This document shows positions 1 through 11,684 of a stretch of 24,578 nt of DNA, one piece after another (positions within the stretch are counted from its first letter, which is position 1; each line of letters opens with the position of its first letter). Origin of the DNA: Pseudomonadota bacterium (GTDB lineage: Bacteria > Bdellovibrionota_B > Oligoflexia > Oligoflexales > CAIYRB01); assembly GCA_031416315.1 (NCBI GenBank), contig JANOTL010000008.1, positions 1-24,578 on the forward strand. The letters run 5' to 3'. The position numbers were made by a program, and so were the translations under genes. The notes beneath the pieces are model-generated. The model did not search any database and was not told where the DNA came from. It saw nothing but the letters and a program-made list of their open reading frames with translations.

Positions 1-1368
1 GCCTATCTCGGACTGTTCGCGCAGCAGCATCGCGGCCAGGAGGGCTGCGGGATCGTCACGATGAACGGCGACCAGTTTCAGGTCCACAAATCATTTGCTC
101 TCGTTTCCGACGCTTTCAACCCTGAAATCCTCGCAACGCTCAAGGGCAGTGCTGCCGTCGGCCACGTGCGGTATTCGACGCAAGGCGGTCGTCGGATGGA
201 GAACGTCCAGCCGTTTCACTTCCGGACGAAGCTCGGGCCGCTTGCGATTGCCCACAACGGCAATCTGACCAACGCCGCGATCATCCGCCAAGAGCTCGAG
301 GCGTCCGGTAGCGTCTTCACGACGACGTCCGACACCGAGGTCTTCGTCCATCTCCTCGCGCGCGCTCCAGAAAACAGTGTCCGTGAGCGCATTTTCGATG
401 TCATGGGGAAGGTCCACGGCGCCTATTCGATGGCGATGCTTTCAGACACGACGCTCTACGCGGTGCGCGATCCGTACGGATTTCGTCCGCTCGTGATCGG
501 CCGCCGCAAGGACGCCTACATCATCGCCTCGGAGACTTGCGCTTTGGATCTGATCGACGCGGAAGTCATCCGCGAGGTCGCTCCGGGCGAGGTCGTGGAG
601 ATCACGATGGAAGGCGGCCTCAAGTCGTTCTTCCCACTCGCGAAGCGCCGCTCCGCCTTCTGTTCCTTCGAGCCGATTTACTTCGCGCGCCCCGACTCCG
701 TCGTCTTCGGCGACCTCGTGTACAACCTCCGCCGCAAGATGGGGACGATCCTGGCCCGCGAAGCGCCGGCGCCGAACGCTGACCTGGTCATCGCCGTCCC
801 GGACTCCGGCGTGCCGATGGCGCTCGGCTTCTCCGAGGAGTCGAAGCTCCCCCACGAGCTCGGCCTCGTTCGCAATCACTACGTCGGCCGCACCTTCATC
901 CAGCCGGCCCAAGAGATCCGAGACTTTGGCGTGAAGTTGAAGCTCAATCCGGTCGTCGGCGTCCTCAAAGGCAAGAGCGTCGTGGTCGTCGACGACTCCC
1001 TCGTCCGCGGCACGACCTCGGCGAAGATCATGCGCATGCTCCGCCAGGCGGGAGCCCGCGAGGTTCACCTGCGCATTGGCTCCCCGCCCATCACACACTC
1101 CTGCTTCTACGGCGTCGACACGCCTGAACGGAGCAACCTGCTCGCAGCGCAGAAGAACGTCGAAGAGATTCGTGAGATGCTAGGCTGTGACAGCCTCGCC
1201 TACCTCAGCCTCGAGGGCCTCCACGAAGCACTAGGTTCGCAGAGCGACAAGCGATACTGCTCCTCCTGCTTCCACGGGCGCTACCTCGAGGACATCTTCG
1301 CCAAGGTGCCAGCCCAGCCGACAGATGCTCAAGGTCCAGGCTTGCGCGCCGCCGTAAAACGCCCGTAA
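1..1368 (+). CDS. purF: Amidophosphoribosyltransferase, 5'-partial (start lies upstream of window)
   Basis: Frame is open from base 1 (AYLGLFAQQHRGQEGCGIV). Motifs: GHVRYST, AHNGNLTN, SDTEV, RDPYGFRPL, CSFEPIYFARPDS, VPDSG, PRPP site VVVDDSLVRGTT. Cys motifs (SCFYGVD, YCSSCF) indicate the B. subtilis-type Fe-S class. Confidence 0.97.
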   Translation, partial: AYLGLFAQQHRGQEGCGIVTMNGDQFQVHKSFALVSDAFNPEILATLKGSAAVGHVRYSTQGGRRMENVQPFHFRTKLGPLAIAHNGNLTNAAIIRQELEASGSVFTTTSDTEVFVHLLARAPENSVRERIFDVMGKVHGAYSMAMLSDTTLYAVRDPYGFRPLVIGRRKDAYIIASETCALDLIDAEVIREVAPGEVVEITMEGGLKSFFPLAKRRSAFCSFEPIYFARPDSVVFGDLVYNLRRKMGTILAREAPAPNADLVIAVPDSGVPMALGFSEESKLPHELGLVRNHYVGRTFIQPAQEIRDFGVKLKLNPVVGVLKGKSVVVVDDSLVRGTTSAKIMRMLRQAGAREVHLRIGSPPITHSCFYGVDTPERSNLLAAQKNVEEIREMLGCDSLAYLSLEGLHEALGSQSDKRYCSSCFHGRYLEDIFAKVPAQPTDAQGPGLRAAVKRP

Positions 1369-1412
1369 TCCCCGATCAATTTTCTGGCCGCCGACTTGCA
1401 GGTTAGGGCGTC

Positions 1413-2606
1413 ATGCGACTCTCGAAACTGATCCCCCTGGCATTTCTGGCGTCCGCCTGTAACACGGTGGCTTTCGACTCCGACGGCAAAAAAACGTCGG
1501 GCAGCAAGCCCGAGCCCGTCGCTGAAAGCGGCAGCGGCAGCAAGGACGGCGGCGTTTCGACGCCGGCGAAGCCCTCGCTCGAGCCGGGCGAAGACAACGA
1601 TCTGGCCCTCGACTGTAAGACAAAACGTCTCGAGCTCCGCGGCAAGGCGGGCGCGAGCCTTCCCATCCGCGGCAAGCTCTGCGGCCTCCCCGACCCGCGC
1701 GCCAAGGCCGAAGCGACGGTGATGTTTATCGTCGACGTCTCGGGCTCGATGGTTCAGAACGATCCGATGGTCGGCGGCAGCTGCGGCCGCCTGAAAGCCG
1801 CCGAGGCGATCGTCGGCCTCCTCGACAAGACGAATACCGCCTCGGATGGCGTCCATCTCGGCGTGCTCGGCTTCGCCGACGTCGTCGCCCACGCGGTCGA
1901 CCCCATTCCCCTGTCGATGTTTCGCGCCAAGCTCAATCCCGACGTCTTTTGTGCGATGCGGGGCGGCGGTACGAACTATGACGCAGCTCTCACTCTAGCC
2001 CTCGACGCCCTGAAGGGATTCGAAGGACCGAAGGCCGTCTACTTCATCTCCGACGGGCTACCGACCCGCGCTGGCTTGATCCCATCAAATTCCGTCCTCG
2101 ACGGACTCGTCGGCGCGGAGCTCATCAATCGCATTCAAGACCTCGGCCTTAAAGCCGCGATAAAGCTCCGTGAATCAGTCAAGCAGCTGTTCTTCTATGC
2201 GGTTTACCTCGACAGCGGCACGCCGGACCCGAACGGCGGGGATCCCATGTCCTACCTGGCGAAGATCACCGGCTCGGCGGACTGGGTTCGACTGGCGAAC
2301 CGCGCCGAGGACCTCGCAAACGTCATCACGAGCTTCAAGCCGCCTCAAGCGACTGGTGCCATTGTCGCGGAAGCCAAAGCCACTGCGGGACTCGTCGCCC
2401 CTGGGAAGACTGCCGCGACGCCCGTGACCCTCGCCAGCTTCTCACAGGACAAGGCCGAGCTCGGGACCTACCACTTCGAGACGAGACCGGTGAAGCTCGA
2501 CGGCAAGCCCGGAGTCACCAGCGAATACGAGCTCGAGATGGTCCTCGACATCGGCGACGGCAAGAAGACCACGCAGCGCGTGATCCTGGCCTTTACGCCC
2601 GACTGA
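1413..2606 (+). CDS. Predicted lipoprotein with von Willebrand factor A (VWA) domain
   Basis: N-terminus [16 protein letters not shown] has a lipobox-like Cys16, then an S/G/K/P linker. MIDAS motif [14 protein letters not shown] and YFISDG follow, with a beta-rich C-terminal region. Confidence 0.85.
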   Translation: MRLSKLIPLAFLASACNTVAFDSDGKKTSGSKPEPVAESGSGSKDGGVSTPAKPSLEPGEDNDLALDCKTKRLELRGKAGASLPIRGKLCGLPDPRAKAEATVMFIVDVSGSMVQNDPMVGGSCGRLKAAEAIVGLLDKTNTASDGVHLGVLGFADVVAHAVDPIPLSMFRAKLNPDVFCAMRGGGTNYDAALTLALDALKGFEGPKAVYFISDGLPTRAGLIPSNSVLDGLVGAELINRIQDLGLKAAIKLRESVKQLFFYAVYLDSGTPDPNGGDPMSYLAKITGSADWVRLANRAEDLANVITSFKPPQATGAIVAEAKATAGLVAPGKTAATPVTLASFSQDKAELGTYHFETRPVKLDGKPGVTSEYELEMVLDIGDGKKTTQRVILAFTPD

Positions 2607-2650
2607 GCTTCCGTTACGTTGGCTCCCCTATTGGTTTAGTGGGAGAAGTA

Positions 2651-3388
2651 ATGCTGCGCGCAGACGGCCGCTCTTCAGGGCAACTCAGACCTCTCCGACT
2701 TACGCCCAATTTCACCAAGCACGCGGACGGCAGCGTCCTCGTCGAGTTCGGTGACACGCGGGTTCTTTGTACCGTTTCGGCCGAAGAGGGCGTCCCGGGC
2801 TTTCTGCGCAACGCGCAGCCGCCCCAAGGCTGGCTCACGGCGGAATATTCGATGCTTCCGGGTGCGACCAACACGCGCACGAAGCGCGAGCGTGGCGGCG
2901 GCCTAGGCGGCCGAACCCAAGAGATCCAGCGCTTGATCGGCCGCGCCATCCGGGGCGTGATCGACTTGAACCGCTGTCCCGACGTGACCTTTACGATCGA
3001 CTGCGACGTCATCCAGGCCGACGGCGGCACGCGGACCGCCTCGATCACGGGCGCTTACGTCGCCCTAAAAATGGCCGTGGACAAGCTTCTGCGTGCCGGG
3101 CGCTTGAAGCAGAACCCGCTGAACGACGCGGTCGCCGCCGTCTCTGTCGGCCTGAAAAAAGGCCAGCTCTTGGTCGACCTGAACTACATCGAGGACTCGT
3201 CGGCCGACCTCGATATGAACGTCGTCCTGACGCAGAGCGGCAAGATTCTTGAGATCCAAGGCACAGCCGAGCGCCTCGCGTTCACGAAGGAAGACGTCGT
3301 CCGCATCATCGAGGCGGCGCAGGAAGCTCTGTCGCCGGTCTTCGATCTGCAGCTCGCGGCCGCCGATGGTCAAATGGTCGAGAGCTGA
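2651..3388 (+). CDS. rph: Ribonuclease PH
   Basis: MLRADGR...[76 protein letters not shown] at 2651 is preceded by GGAG (the ORF track starts at GTG 2639). Confidence 0.97.
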   Translation: MLRADGRSSGQLRPLRLTPNFTKHADGSVLVEFGDTRVLCTVSAEEGVPGFLRNAQPPQGWLTAEYSMLPGATNTRTKRERGGGLGGRTQEIQRLIGRAIRGVIDLNRCPDVTFTIDCDVIQADGGTRTASITGAYVALKMAVDKLLRAGRLKQNPLNDAVAAVSVGLKKGQLLVDLNYIEDSSADLDMNVVLTQSGKILEIQGTAERLAFTKEDVVRIIEAAQEALSPVFDLQLAAADGQMVES

Positions 3389-3418
3389 CAGTCAGACCCC
3401 CAAGAATCAGCGCCCGGA

Positions 3419-4126
3419 TCATGCCAAGAGCGAGTACGCGAGCAGCACGAGCCCCGCGACGAGCAGCACGAGCGTGATGCGCGTGACCCAATCGGGTCCC
3501 GCATCGAGGGCGCCGCCCTTCAATCCCGTCATGCCAGACATGCCGCTGATACCACTGACGCCGCTGGCGCTCATTCCGCTCACGGCGCCGAGTCCAGAGT
3601 GTCCATCCCCCCCGCGGCCACCCGCCTCGTTTTGACGGGATTCGTGGCGAGAGTCATGACGGGATATGTTGGGATTCGGGCGTTGCGGGGTTGGGGCTGT
3701 AGACTTTCGGCCAATGATGCCAGGATCTTGTGCCGGCAAAGGCGGTGGTGGAGCAGGCGCACGCGGTGCGCTCGATGCGTGACTCGCGCCCTTGCTGCCG
3801 ACGGTTTGCGGTGGCGGCGGTAGGCCGGCGGCGCTCGCGGCAGCTTCGGCTGGCTCGCGCCCCGGTCCAGTCTTCTCTTCGTTGCCGAAAGCGCCCGCTA
3901 GCGCCGCTACCGGCTTGCCGCGCGGATCGGTATCGGCATTCGGATCGATCGGACCGACTTTCGTGTTCTCGCCGTCGTCGCTGAAGACGGTTTTCGTAAA
4001 CTGCCGCGTCGCCTTCTCGGCGGAGGGGAAATGCTCGTCGACGGCCTGGTGAACCAAAACGAGCACGCGAGCGACGATCGCCTCCTCTTGAGACGGCGTG
4101 AACTCGAGGATGCGGTTGGTCGCCAT
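3419..4126 (-). CDS. Hypothetical protein, low-complexity Pro/Ala/Gly/Ser linker with C-terminal transmembrane helix
   Basis: ATG-started 235-aa ORF 24 bp after the secA stop, same strand, filling the gap to rph. It ends in hydrophobic ITLVLLVAGLVLLAYSLLA. No family recognised. Confidence 0.7.
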   Translation of the reverse strand: MATNRILEFTPSQEEAIVARVLVLVHQAVDEHFPSAEKATRQFTKTVFSDDGENTKVGPIDPNADTDPRGKPVAALAGAFGNEEKTGPGREPAEAAASAAGLPPPPQTVGSKGASHASSAPRAPAPPPPLPAQDPGIIGRKSTAPTPQRPNPNISRHDSRHESRQNEAGGRGGDGHSGLGAVSGMSASGVSGISGMSGMTGLKGGALDAGPDWVTRITLVLLVAGLVLLAYSLLA

Positions 4127-4150
4127 ACCCTGATCATAACACGAGAGGTT

Positions 4151-6955
<2,805 letters not shown>

Positions 6956-6988
6956 GCGGTGGGCTCTCCGAGGCGTCCGAAGCCTAGG

Positions 6989-7017
6989 AGTATACCCATC
7001 GGGACGCCTTGAGTCAG
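6989..7017 (-). promoter_or_regulatory. Possible sigma70-type internal promoter for secA (-35 CTGACT, 17 bp, -10 TATACT)
   Basis: Minus-strand TATACT at 6989-6994 and CTGACT at 7012-7017. Pattern match only. Confidence 0.3.
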
Positions 7018-7979
7018 TAGACTTGGAAGTCCTCGACGTCGAGGATGAACTTCTTTGGATTCTCGGTCTTGCCGTTCACCCAAACCTCATAGTGGAGGTG
7101 CGGACCGGTGGCGCGGCCGGTCATGCCGACCGTCGCGATCTGATCGCCGCGGGCGACGCGCTGGCCGGGCTGTACCATGTTCTGGTGGTTGTGGCCGTAT
7201 CGCGTCACGGCCCCATAACCATGTGCAATCATAATGAAATTGCCGAACCCTTCCTTCGCCCCGGAGAACACGACGACGCCGTCGGCGGGCGCGTGGACGG
7301 CCGTTCCCACCGGGGCGGCGATGTCGATCCCCCAGTGGATGCCGGTCTCGCCCGTAAAGGGCGAGATACGACGGCCGTAGTTGCTCGTGATCCAGCCGTC
7401 GACCGGCGAGAAGGACGGAATCGAGGAGAGCAGCGATTTTTGCTGGCTCAAGTTCGAAAGGAGGTGCTGGAGCTCGAGGGCGTGCTGGTTGGCGTCCTTG
7501 CCGATCATCGCCAGGCGGTCGAAGACCGGGCGGAAGACGAGGTTGTCCATGTTGATGCCGAGCGGAACGTAGCTCGCGGTCTTGGCCGCCTTGTTCTCGT
7601 CTTTGACTTGAGCTGCGCCGAACTCTTCCTGGGTGAGCGGGCCGATACCGGTCTCTTTCGAGACCTTGGCGACCTTGAGGCTCGTGAGCTCGGAGAGCTT
7701 GGCCGAGTAGTCCTGAACTTTGCGGAGCGAGTGCTTCACCTCTTCGAGGTTTTGCATCAGGACGCGCGCTTCCCCCTTCAGGCCTTCGTTCTCGTTCGAG
7801 ACGCTACGGTACGAGGCGCGGAGAGAGCGGAGCTTGAGGTAGTCGAGCGTAAAGAAGCCGAGTACCGAGAACCCAAACAGGGACAGGATCGCGGCGACTC
7901 GCATCAGAACGCGAGGGACCCGGAACTGACGCGTCGCGCGGACGCCGTCCGGAATGACCATGACGGTCCAGTGCTTCAT
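7014..7979 (-). CDS. M23 family metallopeptidase (peptidoglycan endopeptidase) with N-terminal TM and coiled coil
   Basis: TM segment [18 protein letters not shown] and heptad-like helical region. LytM motifs ITSNYG.R..PFTG, HWGID (HxxxD), YGH and [10 protein letters not shown] (HxH). GGAG lies upstream of the ATG. Confidence 0.95.
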   Translation of the reverse strand: MKHWTVMVIPDGVRATRQFRVPRVLMRVAAILSLFGFSVLGFFTLDYLKLRSLRASYRSVSNENEGLKGEARVLMQNLEEVKHSLRKVQDYSAKLSELTSLKVAKVSKETGIGPLTQEEFGAAQVKDENKAAKTASYVPLGINMDNLVFRPVFDRLAMIGKDANQHALELQHLLSNLSQQKSLLSSIPSFSPVDGWITSNYGRRISPFTGETGIHWGIDIAAPVGTAVHAPADGVVVFSGAKEGFGNFIMIAHGYGAVTRYGHNHQNMVQPGQRVARGDQIATVGMTGRATGPHLHYEVWVNGKTENPKKFILDVEDFQVY

Positions 7980-8048
7980 GGGGAAGCTCCAATGGGGAGG
8001 GAGACGGGAGGCTGGGGATCGGGAAACGGAAGGATGGGCGGGAGTGAC

Positions 8049-8822
8049 TTAGGCTTGGGCCTTGAGGACGATGACGGAGATGTTGTCGTCGCCGCCGCGC
8101 TCGTTGGCGAGGGCGATGAGTCGGGTGACGGCTTTGGTCTCGAGGCTCTTCACGGTCTCCGAGATTTCCTTGTCGGTGACCTTGCCGTGGAGGCCGTCGC
8201 TGCAGAGGAGAATCATGTCGCCATCTTCGAGCGGAAGGCACGTCGTGTCGACGTCCTCTTCTTCCTGATAGCCGACGCTGCGCGTGATGACGTTGCGCAG
8301 GTGATGGGACTCGGCCTCTTCCTTCGTGAGGATGCCAGCGCGGACCTGCTCGGACACGAGGGAATGATCGTTCGTAATTTGATAAACAAATCCACATCTT
8401 ACCAAGTAGCAGCGGCTGTCGCCGACATGCGCGACGTACGCATGGCGGTCGATGACTTTGCAGACCGTCGCGGTCGTGCCCATGCCGCGGAGCGAGGGCT
8501 CTTCGAGCGCCTTCTCGTAGATCTTCGTGCTTGCGTGGTTGATGGCGTTCGCCATCGTCGCCATGACCTTCGGGTCTGGATGCAGGCGCCCCTCGCGCGA
8601 GGCGACGACCTCGTGGTTGTCCTTCAGATAGCGCGCGATCTCTTGGATGCACACGCTCGAGGCGATCTCGCCGCCTGCGTGCCCGCCCATGCCATCGGCC
8701 ACGATGAAGAGACGGTCCGCTTCGGCGACGAGGAACGAATCCTGGTTGCTCGAGCGCACTTGCCCGACGTGGGTAGCGCCATCGACGACGATGTTCAAAT
8801 CGTGGGACATCTTGGCCTTCAC
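8049..8822 (-). CDS. PP2C-family Ser/Thr protein phosphatase (Stp1/PrpC-like)
   Basis: HVGQVRSSNQD, VADGMGGHAGGEIAS, GMGTT, AHVGDSRCY, DHSLV, RNVITRSVG, LCSDGL, GGDDNIS. The start is GTG 8822 or ATG 8810. Confidence 0.96.
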   Translation of the reverse strand: MKAKMSHDLNIVVDGATHVGQVRSSNQDSFLVAEADRLFIVADGMGGHAGGEIASSVCIQEIARYLKDNHEVVASREGRLHPDPKVMATMANAINHASTKIYEKALEEPSLRGMGTTATVCKVIDRHAYVAHVGDSRCYLVRCGFVYQITNDHSLVSEQVRAGILTKEEAESHHLRNVITRSVGYQEEEDVDTTCLPLEDGDMILLCSDGLHGKVTDKEISETVKSLETKAVTRLIALANERGGDDNISVIVLKAQA

Positions 8823-8840
8823 TGCTAGACTCGCCCGTTC

Positions 8841-8849
8841 ATTCTAACA
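8841..8849 (-). promoter_or_regulatory. Extended -10 promoter element (TGnTAGAAT) for the PP2C-M23-secA direction
   Basis: Minus strand reads TGT-TAGAAT about 20 bp upstream of the PP2C start in the divergent intergenic gap. Confidence 0.45.
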
Positions 8850-8857
8850 CGGGTCTT

Positions 8858-8880
8858 TGCCGTAAGCGCTAGTTACGGCA
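8858..8880. promoter_or_regulatory. Perfect 8-bp inverted repeat TGCCGTAA-N7-TTACGGCA, candidate operator
   Basis: Read directly in the 86-bp gap between the divergent PP2C and LtaS-like genes. Confidence 0.5.
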
Positions 8881-8908
8881 GGGTTTACCTAGAGACTGTG
8901 GGAAAAAT

Positions 8909-10768
8909 TTGCCGCTCTTGGCAAGCCTCGTCGTGCTCCTCGTGGTCGCGCTCGTCTATCGCGGGCTCCTGCTCTCGTTGCCGTTTTTCGAAGATGCCTT
9001 GGCTCAAAACGCCAAGTTGAACGTCGTGAGCGGCGCCGCCTCAGACGTGGCGATGGTGACGATGGTTGCGTCGCTGATTCTGTTGCTCGCAGCGGCAACG
9101 CCACGGCGGCATGTCCGAGCCCAGCAGGGCGCCGTGGGCCTCTTAGTCGCGTTGATGGTCGCGAGTCTGATGACTCACCTTCGCTTCGTCGAGCACTTCG
9201 GAATGAACGTGCGCCCCTATCACTTCACCGCAATGGGCACTGGAGAGGTGTGGTGGGTCGGGACGCTGATGGTCCTCGGCTCATGGCGCGTCGATGTACT
9301 GGGTGGTGCGGCCGTCCTTGTCGCGTTGGCGACACGTAAGCGGTTCACCGCGATCGAGGCCCGCTGGCGCGCCGGGAAAGCCGGCGTGCGTTTCGGGCTC
9401 GTCGCCGCCACGCTCCTCCTGTTTGCCGTGGCGAACTCGACGAGCATCAATACGCGCATGAAGGTTGGGGTGCACGCTGAGCTCCGCTACAGCCCGTACG
9501 CTTCGCTCTATTACAACTGGGTCGCATTCCGAAAGGTCGCCGCGCTGCCCCTCCCGGCCCGTGAGGATCTCCTGAAGCTGCGAACGCTCCTCGGCGGCGA
9601 GCGGGACTACGTCGCCGGCGTCGAAATGCCCTTGTGGCAGAAGTCGATCGCGTCGGCGCGCACGGCAACGGGCGAGTTCGTGCCGCTGCGGCAGAAATTC
9701 CGCGCGTTCCTCGAAGCCGAGCGGCAGGCGAAAGGCCCTTGGAACGTCGTGCTCTTGATCTCGGAGTCCTTGCGCGCGCAAGAGATCCAGGCGCTCGGCG
9801 AAGCGGCGCCGGAGCGCGCCGGGCTCACGCCTCAGCTCGATCTCTTGATCGCGAAATCAGTCACGTTCACCGAGGTGATCAGCGCCGGCCTGCGGACGCA
9901 CTTCGGGCAGACGACATCGAACTGCTCGCTCTACGGAACGGAAGGGTTCACCATTCTTTCCGGCGCGCCGATGGCGAATGCGACTTGCATCTCCGACATC
10001 TTCGCGCGGCGCGGCTACGCCACGCATTTTTTCTACGGCGCCGACAACCATTTCGACAACCAGGACGTCTTTTACAAGAGGCACCGCGTGCGTTACGTCC
10101 ACGGCGCCGAGGAAATGCCGCGAGACGCCGCGCGGGCGGGCTGGGGCGTGAGCGACGCGACGCTCTTCGCTTTCACCGAGAAAACGCTGGCGGCCGAGGC
10201 TGAGCCTTTCTTTGCGAGCGTCTTGACGCTGTCGAATCATTCGCCGTTCAAGATGCCCGAGGACGTGCCCCCCGGGCTTTTGCGCGAAGATTTGCCGGTG
10301 GAAGCGCAGCTCCTGCAGTACGTCGACTGGTCGGTGGGCAAGTTCATCGACGCCATGGGCGCCCGCTTCCCGCACACGCTCTTCGTCGTCGTCGCCGATC
10401 ACGGCAAATATTGGGGCGAGCCGTCGATGCTCGACCGGCCGACGTTCGAGCACGTGCGTCGGGTTGCGAGGATTCCGCTGCTTTTCTACGTGCCGAGCTT
10501 GCCGGAGGAGCTGCGCGGCGCGCGGGTCACGAACCTCGCGAGCAACGTCGACGTGCCGCCGACCTTGATGTCCCTCCTCGGCTGGATCGACGAGCCGCAG
10601 CAGTTCATGGGCGAAGACGCGTTCGCGCGCCGAGGACCGGTCTACATGGACTGGTACAACACCTTCTTCGCCCTGAAAAACGGGCAAATCGAGGCCGTGC
10701 CGGAAGAGCTCGAGGCCATCCTCGGCGCCGCCGGTCGCTTCAACCAGCTTGCGCCCGCAGCGCCTTGA
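8909..10768 (+). CDS. LTA synthase / MdoB / GacH-like membrane phosphotransferase (alkaline phosphatase superfamily)
   Basis: About five N-terminal hydrophobic helices followed by a soluble domain with NVVLLISESLR, candidate catalytic Thr (AGLRT), GYATHFFYG, TLSNHSPF, YVDWSVG, VVADHG, RIPLLFY, SNVDVPPT. The TTG start is uncertain. Confidence 0.88.
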   Translation: MPLLASLVVLLVVALVYRGLLLSLPFFEDALAQNAKLNVVSGAASDVAMVTMVASLILLLAAATPRRHVRAQQGAVGLLVALMVASLMTHLRFVEHFGMNVRPYHFTAMGTGEVWWVGTLMVLGSWRVDVLGGAAVLVALATRKRFTAIEARWRAGKAGVRFGLVAATLLLFAVANSTSINTRMKVGVHAELRYSPYASLYYNWVAFRKVAALPLPAREDLLKLRTLLGGERDYVAGVEMPLWQKSIASARTATGEFVPLRQKFRAFLEAERQAKGPWNVVLLISESLRAQEIQALGEAAPERAGLTPQLDLLIAKSVTFTEVISAGLRTHFGQTTSNCSLYGTEGFTILSGAPMANATCISDIFARRGYATHFFYGADNHFDNQDVFYKRHRVRYVHGAEEMPRDAARAGWGVSDATLFAFTEKTLAAEAEPFFASVLTLSNHSPFKMPEDVPPGLLREDLPVEAQLLQYVDWSVGKFIDAMGARFPHTLFVVVADHGKYWGEPSMLDRPTFEHVRRVARIPLLFYVPSLPEELRGARVTNLASNVDVPPTLMSLLGWIDEPQQFMGEDAFARRGPVYMDWYNTFFALKNGQIEAVPEELEAILGAAGRFNQLAPAAP

Positions 10769-11684
10769 GCACGTCGTCGAGGGCCTTTTCCCAGCTTTCC
10801 GGGGCGATGCCGAAGGTCTTGGTGAACTTCGCGCAGTCGAGGCGCGAGTTCTTCGGCCGCCGCGCGGGCGTCGGGTAGGCCTCGGTCGGGATCGGCTCGA
10901 CGGCCGCGACCTTAAGCGGGAAGCCTAGGGCCTTGGCTTTCGCGAAGATCGCCGCCGCGAAGCCGTGCCAACTGGTCTCCCCGGCGCAAGCCAAATGGTA
11001 GATTCCCGAAGGTCCGAGCGGCGCGCCGAAGAAAACCGTCCTGTCGAGGACGCGCGCCGTCATCCGTGCCAGCATTCCGGCGGACGTCGGGGCCCCGATC
11101 TGGTCGGCGACGACTTTCATCAGCTCGCGCTCCGCGCCGAAGCGGAGCATCGTCTTGACGAAATTGGCGCCGTGATCGCTGAAGACCCAGGATGTGCGGA
11201 AGATGACGTGCGTCGCGCCCGTGGCGCTCAACGCTAGCTCGCCGTCGAGCTTCGTCTGCCCGTAGACACCCAGCGGACCCGTCGGATCCTCCTCGCGCCA
11301 CGGCTTGGTGCCGTCGCCGGCGAAGACGTAGTCGGTCGAATAGTGGACGACGCCGATCCCAAGGCGCCTCGCCTCCTCGCCCAAGATCCGAACGGCGTCG
11401 ACGTTCACTTTTCGCGCGGTTTCGGCCTCGCTTTCGGCTTTGTCGACTGCGGTATACGCTGCGGGATTGACGATCACGGCAGGCTTGACGCTGCGCACCA
11501 GGTCCTGGACCGCGGCGGCCTGCGTCAGGTCGACAGCGCGGTACTCGACGTCGGGGGCCGCGAACGGCAGCGTCGGCGCGATGTCGGTCGCGATCACCGT
11601 CGCACGCCCGGCGAGCTCGCGCAGAAGCTTTTCGCCGACCTGCCCCGAAGCGCCCGTCACGAGGATCCGAGGCTGCGCGATCAC
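10740..11684 (-). CDS. rfbD: dTDP-4-dehydrorhamnose reductase
   Basis: ILVTGASGQVG, NPAAYTAVDKAESE, HYSTDYVF, YGQTKL (YxxxK), DQIGAPT, RPKNSRLD. GTG start overlaps the rfbC stop (GTGA). Confidence 0.97.
   Translation of the reverse strand: MIAQPRILVTGASGQVGEKLLRELAGRATVIATDIAPTLPFAAPDVEYRAVDLTQAAAVQDLVRSVKPAVIVNPAAYTAVDKAESEAETARKVNVDAVRILGEEARRLGIGVVHYSTDYVFAGDGTKPWREEDPTGPLGVYGQTKLDGELALSATGATHVIFRTSWVFSDHGANFVKTMLRFGAERELMKVVADQIGAPTSAGMLARMTARVLDRTVFFGAPLGPSGIYHLACAGETSWHGFAAAIFAKAKALGFPLKVAAVEPIPTEAYPTPARRPKNSRLDCAKFTKTFGIAPESWEKALDDVLKALRAQAG

Noticed and set aside
8840..8858. CATTCTA...GGGTCTTT shared with 18414-18440
   Set aside because: Spacing differs (4 vs 12 bp). CATTCTA is explained as a -10 box, and two instances are insufficient for a motif.
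8898..8911. Possible frameshift in the A5 run linking GTG 8898 to the LtaS-like frame
   Set aside because: The in-frame TTG at 8909 gives a complete protein, and no evidence for slippage or sequencing error is available without reads.
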